Shown here one piece after another: positions 58,555 to 64,000 of a DNA stretch of 64,000 nt. The notes under the pieces are model-generated. The model was not told where the DNA came from, ran no database searches, and saw only the letters and a program-made list of their open reading frames with translations. The position numbers were made by a program, and so were the translations under genes. The stretch is from the IMG/VR virus record IMGVR_UViG_3300042868_005641, positions 13,875 through 77,874 of that record; one strand, written 5' to 3'. Source of the stretch: a virus. Position 1 is the first letter of the stretch, and each line of letters starts with the position of its first letter.

Positions 58555-58877
58555 ACGAACGAATTCTAGAACTATACGAGCAGAGTCTGCTACATAAAAC
58601 TGGACATGATTATAATGGTAATCCTCTCTATGAGATTAGACAGAACCCTAAACTATTTGCCGAGTTGATTGTGCGGGAATGTGCCAACCTTCTAATGAAA
58701 CCAGAGTATGTTATGAATCATCCTGAAGAACTTACCGACTACAATCGTGGTTGGGTCAACGGAAGATTGCTAGGTATTGAACATATTAAAGAACACTTCG
58801 GAGTAAAGAATGATCGAACGAATTTATCTATCTCGACGCAATCTCCTGACCCTGCTGAGCAAGCTGGATCGATTTGA
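58551..58877 (+). CDS. MNERI family protein, copy 2 (1-nt loss at the junction extends the ORF)
   Basis: Same three blocks; junction reads GGAGTAAAGAATGA instead of GGAGTTGAAGAATGA. Confidence 0.6.
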   Translation: MNERILELYEQSLLHKTGHDYNGNPLYEIRQNPKLFAELIVRECANLLMKPEYVMNHPEELTDYNRGWVNGRLLGIEHIKEHFGVKNDRTNLSISTQSPDPAEQAGSI

Positions 58878-59037
58878 GCAAGGGCAAGAAACACAATGCG
58901 CTATTATAAAATACGCAAACCCACTAGATCCATATTGCAATACTGTAGATGAAGTCATGGTGATTGCAGTGCCCGATGAAAAGTTTTATACCCAGCGATC
59001 ACCAGGTGTGATGCACCCATTGGATGAACCAAAATGA
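58810..59037 (+). CDS. Hypothetical protein
   Basis: GGAG SD; 'LSRRNLLTLLSKLD'. Confidence 0.6.
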   Translation: MIERIYLSRRNLLTLLSKLDRFEQGQETQCAIIKYANPLDPYCNTVDEVMVIAVPDEKFYTQRSPGVMHPLDEPK

Positions 59038-59282
59038 ACGAACAAATTTTTAAACTTGCTCAACAGGCCAATCTAATAGGTGACTGGGGTGAAGATATCA
59101 CAAAAGGTAGATATTTTGTCTTTGACAACTTAAAAAGTTTAGAAAATTTCGCCGAGTTGATTATTCGAGAATGTGCTCAACTTGCCCGCGATACTGAGTT
59201 AGAAGATGTTGAAGGCGGTGATAGTGCTGTATTACGAGCCGCAAAACTTCAGATTCTAGAACATTTCGGAGTTGAAAAATGA
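59034..59282 (+). CDS. MNERI family protein, copy 3
   Basis: MNEQI..LAQQA, FAELIIREC and EHFGVE. Confidence 0.65.
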   Translation: MNEQIFKLAQQANLIGDWGEDITKGRYFVFDNLKSLENFAELIIRECAQLARDTELEDVEGGDSAVLRAAKLQILEHFGVEK

Positions 59283-59464
59283 CCGATGTTGAGACTGCAT
59301 TTAAAAATCATGACTGGAGTCTAAAAGGTTATGTCACTAGACCCATATTAGATAAACTGATAAAAGAAAATCCAGACACCGGCAAAGCATTATGGGAACA
59401 ATATTGCCCTTGGTCTGACTCTAACGGTGGATATATCAAATGGAAAATAGGAGTTGAACAATGA
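59279..59464 (+). CDS. Hypothetical protein ending in the junction motif GVE
   Basis: ATGA-coupled on both sides. Confidence 0.55.
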   Translation: MTDVETAFKNHDWSLKGYVTRPILDKLIKENPDTGKALWEQYCPWSDSNGGYIKWKIGVEQ

Positions 59465-59679
59465 AAAAAATTGAATTGGATGGCGAAATTGCAGACGGCA
59501 TTGCCTTGGCAGTGCTCAAAGACCAACGTGCTTATCTCAAAAAAGAACTAGCGCAATGGAAAAAGAATCCCAAGTCGGAATACAATCCCACAGGCCATTG
59601 GCTACATCCTGACGATGTAGTTGGCAATGCTCAACTCATTGCTGCATTGGATTTGATCATTGCATACTTTGGAGGTTAA
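59461..59679 (+). CDS. Hypothetical protein
   Basis: GGAG SD; intact ORF. Confidence 0.6.
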   Translation: MKKIELDGEIADGIALAVLKDQRAYLKKELAQWKKNPKSEYNPTGHWLHPDDVVGNAQLIAALDLIIAYFGG

Positions 59680-59680
59680 C

Positions 59681-59833
59681 ATGACTATAGACACTCGTGA
59701 AACCGTTGAAATTGATATTGAACAAGAACTGTTGTACCAGATCATGCTGCTGGCACACGAACAAGATATCACTCTAAATCAAATGATTGAACGTATTCTG
59801 CGTGAATACATTACAGAGCATGCACTTGTATAA
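59681..59833 (+). CDS. Ribbon-helix-helix-like small protein (50 aa, not in ORF track)
   Basis: GGAGG SD; 'V.IDI..L...AHE.DITLNQ.IE.IL.E'. Confidence 0.55.
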   Translation: MTIDTRETVEIDIEQELLYQIMLLAHEQDITLNQMIERILREYITEHALV

Positions 59834-59842
59834 GTAGTTGGT

Positions 59843-60415
59843 ATGGCAACCACTATAGATACTAGCACTTGGACTCATTCACAACACTTGCATGCCAATG
59901 GCATGTTTGTTCTCATGGGGCCAATTGAGAATGATTCAGTCAAGCCAGTGATTGAGTGGATATTGCATGAGAACTTTGTAAGCAAAAAACCTCGCAAAGA
60001 ATTAATTCTGAGTATTTGCAGCGAAGGCGGTGATATGAGTGCAGCCTTTGCACTGATTGATGTCATGCGTAGTTCCACAGTGGCTATCAAAACAGTAGGG
60101 TTGGGGCAAATTGCATCAGCAGGATTGTTGATATTTCTAGCAGGCACACCTGGTCGCCGCACCCTTACACCCAACACCAGTATACTGAGTCATCAATTCA
60201 GCTGGGGAAGTGACGGCAAAGTACATGAATTATTTGCCACCATGCGTGAGTTTGAACTCACGCAACAGCGTATGGTTCAGCATTATAAAGATTGCACAGG
60301 GTTAACTGATGCAGTGATCAAAGACAAACTATTGCCACCGCATGATGTTTGGTTAGATGCTAATGAAGCACTAAAGTTGAACATCTGCGATTCAATATCG
60401 CAATTACAACGTTAA
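59843..60415 (+). CDS. Divergent ClpP-family protease
   Basis: S.GG, G.IASAG (Ser), R..PN..LSHQ (His) and D.WL.A.EA. Confidence 0.8.
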   Translation: MATTIDTSTWTHSQHLHANGMFVLMGPIENDSVKPVIEWILHENFVSKKPRKELILSICSEGGDMSAAFALIDVMRSSTVAIKTVGLGQIASAGLLIFLAGTPGRRTLTPNTSILSHQFSWGSDGKVHELFATMREFELTQQRMVQHYKDCTGLTDAVIKDKLLPPHDVWLDANEALKLNICDSISQLQR

Positions 60416-62007
60416 CGGCGTTCGCGTCCTAGAGTTGCACGATCCATTCTGGGCTCGTTGCTGGTTCTAGCTGCTCGCGCACCAGGACCGGCTAATCTAG
60501 GTTTGGCCACTGCTGCATCTAAGTCGTCGGCACTGACAGCAGCAGGAGCTTCGCCATCCAAACTATCCACTGGATCCATTGGATTAACATCTTTCTCTGT
60601 AGCACCATTCTTCATGATGGTAAAGGTAAAGTTGCCCTTGCCTCCTGTGGAGAAGTATACTTTGCTGGCATCTAAGTATACACCACTAACTGTATCGCTA
60701 GGAAACTTTGCTTCCAGCTTGCTGATGGTAATAGTGTCGGAGGTGTGAGAAGTATACGTGTACATCTGCACCAAGGCAGCATTGTTTAGTATTTCACTTG
60801 CTGCTTTGCCAAAGTTTGTGTTCTTGTTCACATAGTCTGCCACATTGTATGCAATACTAGCAGTCATGTGTTCTAGGGGAATCACACGCTTGGGATCTTT
60901 GCTCTTGCGTCGATTGTATAGTTCTTCCAGGTGAGGACTTAGAATACCTGCACCAATGATATCATCATTCGGGCCCATTTGTTTTAACTGTGGTATTTGT
61001 GCAGCTTCTTCGGGGGAGATGATGCCATATTTTACACCCAGAGTCAGCGGTGCACCAAAGTGTCCGTCCTGCTGGATGATGTTTAACAGTTCTATGGCAT
61101 CAGCATGAGTGGTCAATAGCTTTTGTCCCTTAGGAGTAGCTGACAGTTCATTAACAGACTTCAACAAGTTTGTAACTGACGCACTTGCACCATCTTTACC
61201 TTTGCTACTGAGTTTGATTTGTTTACCTTCGGGATTCACCAACAAGCTGTCGTATAATCCGCCAATGGTATTGCTATTAAAGCTGATGGTACATTCACTA
61301 TAGCCGCCTTCACCAAAGAATATATCCGCAGCTTCTTCTGCATTGCCGCCTACTGATTTGCCTGTTACCAGTGCAATGGGTTGTAACACTTCTGCAAAGT
61401 AATCACGGAACGCATCTGGATTCATATTGCCACGCGGTACTGTGCATGGAACATTTGAGTTGATAAAGATCTCAAGTGCCGTGGCTTCATCGCTATCGGC
61501 ACCAAAATGCTGTTGAGCCTGTGACAGGATAGAGTCAGGAGTATTGTCCTGAAACTGTGTTAGCCATTCGCTAGGTTTGAGTCCAGAGTTTTCTTTTTGT
61601 CCTGCTCGGCTTTGATATTTGAAATCACCTGGGATTTCATCGTGTGCAAATTTGTTTTGTGTTTTGTTTGGGCTAACAGCACCAGTCCAACGTCCCAGAT
61701 AGTACGGTGTACCATCTTCGCCAGTGAATGTGGCTATGCTAAACGCACCTGAACTTTTGGTAGGAGTATTGACCCAATGTATTTGAGTAGCTGGCACTTT
61801 TTTATCGGCCAACATGGCGTCTACTCCAGCTTGCAGTTCGTCAGGTGTGTTGAATCGGCCCGACGTGGGATAAAATTCCAAGTTTTGAAAGGTAACAATG
61901 TCACCCACTGCATTCTTGAATTTCTCTCCAGGCTTGCGATTGGCCAGTCCCACACCTTCTGCAAGTGGTAATGCTACTCTGTCTAATAGGTCTAATAAGT
62001 CTCTCAT
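60412..62007 (-). CDS. Late protein with PD-(D/E)XK-like motifs; probable head-internal protein
   Basis: MRDLLDLL..LAE N-terminus, 'DYFAEVL..LYDS..IKLSSKG', ends LGRERR; TAAATA 4 nt upstream. Confidence 0.5.
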   Translation of the reverse strand: MRDLLDLLDRVALPLAEGVGLANRKPGEKFKNAVGDIVTFQNLEFYPTSGRFNTPDELQAGVDAMLADKKVPATQIHWVNTPTKSSGAFSIATFTGEDGTPYYLGRWTGAVSPNKTQNKFAHDEIPGDFKYQSRAGQKENSGLKPSEWLTQFQDNTPDSILSQAQQHFGADSDEATALEIFINSNVPCTVPRGNMNPDAFRDYFAEVLQPIALVTGKSVGGNAEEAADIFFGEGGYSECTISFNSNTIGGLYDSLLVNPEGKQIKLSSKGKDGASASVTNLLKSVNELSATPKGQKLLTTHADAIELLNIIQQDGHFGAPLTLGVKYGIISPEEAAQIPQLKQMGPNDDIIGAGILSPHLEELYNRRKSKDPKRVIPLEHMTASIAYNVADYVNKNTNFGKAASEILNNAALVQMYTYTSHTSDTITISKLEAKFPSDTVSGVYLDASKVYFSTGGKGNFTFTIMKNGATEKDVNPMDPVDSLDGEAPAAVSADDLDAAVAKPRLAGPGARAARTSNEPRMDRATLGRERR

Positions 62008-62036
62008 GTGGTATTTAGTAATATATAAGTATCAAG

Positions 62037-63053
62037 ATGCCAGAACCTATACATTTAAATATTTTTGGAACTTGGCAGAATATACGCCAATTTCAGCAAG
62101 AGATCAATCAACATCTCCAGGGAGAACCATTGGTGTTAGATGTGCATTATGAAGCGCCGAGTCTCCAAGCATTCGGAGTCATGGATATGATCAATTCTTG
62201 GTTGGCAGATCGTTGCTTGCCCCCGACTATGGTTCATCTAACCAAGTGGTGTAATCCAGTAGAAATTATACCATATTGTGTGTTAAATCGCCCAGGAATT
62301 AGCCATTTCTTTTACCGGGCAAATGACTGGTGGCAAGATTCTGATCCTACAATAGAACAACAATTAACATACAAAAAACTTTTTGGATTATTCATTGGAA
62401 GAATGAGTATAGGCAGAGCTGTAATTTTTTATCAATCTCTTCAGAAATATCCAAATGATATGATTGTTAGCCGTGAAAAAACAGCAACTCCTGTTAAAAT
62501 AGCATGGCATAACTCTGACAGCAATACTAGAGATCTGGACAACGTGTCCGATTGGGTACCATTGTATGAACAAGCTCAAATGTTTGAATGGTATGACCGT
62601 ACTCATATCCCCAGTATAGATGATAACTCACTGTGGATTGATCGGACTGGATTTATTTCGAGTTTGTTGCAACATTATCATAATTTTGCAGTGGAAATTG
62701 TGTGTGAAACATGGGTGCATGGTAATACTTTTTTTCCTACTGAAAAAACCACACGTCCCATAATGGCTGCTAAACCTATAATGGTATTTGGACCTCGGTA
62801 TTATCTTGCAAGATTAAGGATTATGGGATTTAAAACTTATCATGACATTTGGGATGAGAGTTATGATTTGTATGAAGGACCTGAACGATGGCATCACATG
62901 CAGAAAAGTATGCAGACACTATCGGAATGTAGTCAACTTGATCAACATCGGATTTTGAGTCATGCTCATGACATTGCTATGTTCAATAGGCAAAGACTTT
63001 GGGATATCATCCACCAGCCATTGCTCCACTTTGACTACTCAATAATGCCATAA
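62037..63053 (+). CDS. Glycosyltransferase-like protein, paralogue 5
   Basis: 'VEIVCET..FPTEKTTRPI..L..MGFKTY..WDESYD'. Confidence 0.55.
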   Translation: MPEPIHLNIFGTWQNIRQFQQEINQHLQGEPLVLDVHYEAPSLQAFGVMDMINSWLADRCLPPTMVHLTKWCNPVEIIPYCVLNRPGISHFFYRANDWWQDSDPTIEQQLTYKKLFGLFIGRMSIGRAVIFYQSLQKYPNDMIVSREKTATPVKIAWHNSDSNTRDLDNVSDWVPLYEQAQMFEWYDRTHIPSIDDNSLWIDRTGFISSLLQHYHNFAVEIVCETWVHGNTFFPTEKTTRPIMAAKPIMVFGPRYYLARLRIMGFKTYHDIWDESYDLYEGPERWHHMQKSMQTLSECSQLDQHRILSHAHDIAMFNRQRLWDIIHQPLLHFDYSIMP

Positions 63054-63131
63054 GTGGCAATAATTTTCGGCACATTGGTATTGCTTTACAAGAAAAAATA
63101 TTGTATAATAAGATCATTATAAAGGAACCCC

Positions 63132-63716
63132 ATGTCAAATCTAGTACCCATCGTTCTCGAACACACATCCAAAGGAGAACGCAGCTATGATATCTATAGC
63201 CGATTACTACGTGATCGAGTAGTAATGCTGGATGGTGAAGTCCACGGACACAGCGCAAGTTTAATCTGTGCGCAGTTATTGTTTCTGGAGGCAGACAATC
63301 CAGACAAAGACATCAGCCTTTACATCAACTCACCAGGCGGAAGTGTAACAGCAGGCATGGCCATTTATGACACCATGCAGTTTATCAAACCAGATGTTGC
63401 AACCATTGTAATGGGGCAAGGTGCTAGCATGGGATCATTGCTAGCAGCATCCGGCGCACCGGGCAAACGTTATATCTTGCCCAATGCCCGCCACATGATT
63501 CACCAACCATTAGGCGGTGCAAGTGGCCAGGCCACTGATGTGGAAATTCAAGCACGTGAACTGCTGCGCTGGAAGAAAGTGCTTACAGAAATTTATGTCA
63601 CACATACCGGAAAATCTTATGATCAGTTGCGAGCTGATATGGAACGAGACAACTTTATGACTGCGGATGAAGCAGTAGCATACGGCTTGGCCGACAAAGT
63701 AATAACTAAACGATAA
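63132..63716 (+). CDS. clpP: ATP-dependent Clp protease proteolytic subunit
   Basis: [30 protein letters not shown] and MERDNFM. Confidence 0.96.
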   Translation: MSNLVPIVLEHTSKGERSYDIYSRLLRDRVVMLDGEVHGHSASLICAQLLFLEADNPDKDISLYINSPGGSVTAGMAIYDTMQFIKPDVATIVMGQGASMGSLLAASGAPGKRYILPNARHMIHQPLGGASGQATDVEIQARELLRWKKVLTEIYVTHTGKSYDQLRADMERDNFMTADEAVAYGLADKVITKR

Positions 63717-63717
63717 C

Positions 63718-64000
63718 ATGTTCTTTCATATCAGTAAGACGGCACAACAAAACTATCCGTGCCATTGGCAGTTGGGTGATTTTGCAATAAGCACAGACAA
63801 CGATTGGAAACATCTTGTGATTGGTCCTGTACAAATCTTGTACAAGGGGTATGCAAATATAGGGCCAATGGAATCTTTGCTGGGACAGGTAATGTTTCAG
63901 ACTGTGCCGCATCTTACTGGTAATTTCTGTGCATTGGTTGTGGTCAATGATACATTGACAATACAAACTGATCGCTATCGAAACTTTCCTATCTATATCG
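63718..64000 (+). CDS. N-terminus of a possible asparagine-synthase-like (Ntn-fold) protein, truncated by the window end
   Basis: Frame open to the window end; 'GNFC...TDR...PIY' pattern. Confidence 0.4.
   Translation, partial: MFFHISKTAQQNYPCHWQLGDFAISTDNDWKHLVIGPVQILYKGYANIGPMESLLGQVMFQTVPHLTGNFCALVVVNDTLTIQTDRYRNFPIYI

Noticed and set aside
58288-59464. CRISPR array or DGR template/variable repeats
   Set aside because: The repeats are degenerate, in-frame coding blocks with irregular spacing. There is no adenine-specific variation, and no cas or reverse transcriptase gene in the window.
1-64000. Bacterial chromosome origin suggested by clpXP, pstS, iscUA, potABC and the porin
   Set aside because: These genes are interleaved with T4-like replication and virion genes and TAAATA promoters, and lack their normal operon partners (pstCAB, iscS/hscBA, tig/lon).
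1-64000. Stop-codon reassignment
   Set aside because: Known genes are full length in the standard code, and TAA, TGA and TAG all end genes (TAG at 29958, 36820 and 45302).

Overview
This 64-kb window looks like part of a large lytic myovirus genome (T4-like or jumbo-type), probably from freshwater. The host is probably a betaproteobacterium, inferred from the porin, DUF3563-like, phasin-like, IscU/IscA and PstS sequences. Genes are dense and mostly on the + strand. Replication genes include a UvsW helicase, primase, DnaB/gp41 helicase, clamp-loader-like subunit, a 183-aa mini DnaE, an exonuclease, DNA ligase and nrdA/nrdB/glutaredoxin. There are virion genes (fibre, PAAR, head-internal proteins), two homing endonucleases, sigma70-type early promoters (TTGACN-17-TATAAT) and T4-like late promoters (TAAATA). 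The auxiliary gene load is heavy: Fe-S assembly, a porin, a PotABC-type transporter, ClpX/ClpS/two ClpP/Hsp20, UvsE, and a nucleotide-sugar dehydrogenase/dioxygenase/amidinotransferase cluster with five dispersed glycosyltransferase-like paralogues. The strongest candidates for undescribed biology are (1) a Pho-box-controlled pstS + PlcP-like phospholipase + glycosyltransferase module, (2) a shared ROSE-like leader on hsp20 and a phasin-like gene, (3) a ~170-nt structured non-coding RNA behind a consensus promoter, (4) an ArfA-like peptide missed by the ORF track, (5) systematic leaderless late genes, and (6) a small-gene cassette array with conserved RBS/stop/start junctions. No tRNA, rRNA or CRISPR array was recognised. 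All family calls come from motif recognition by eye, not from database searches.
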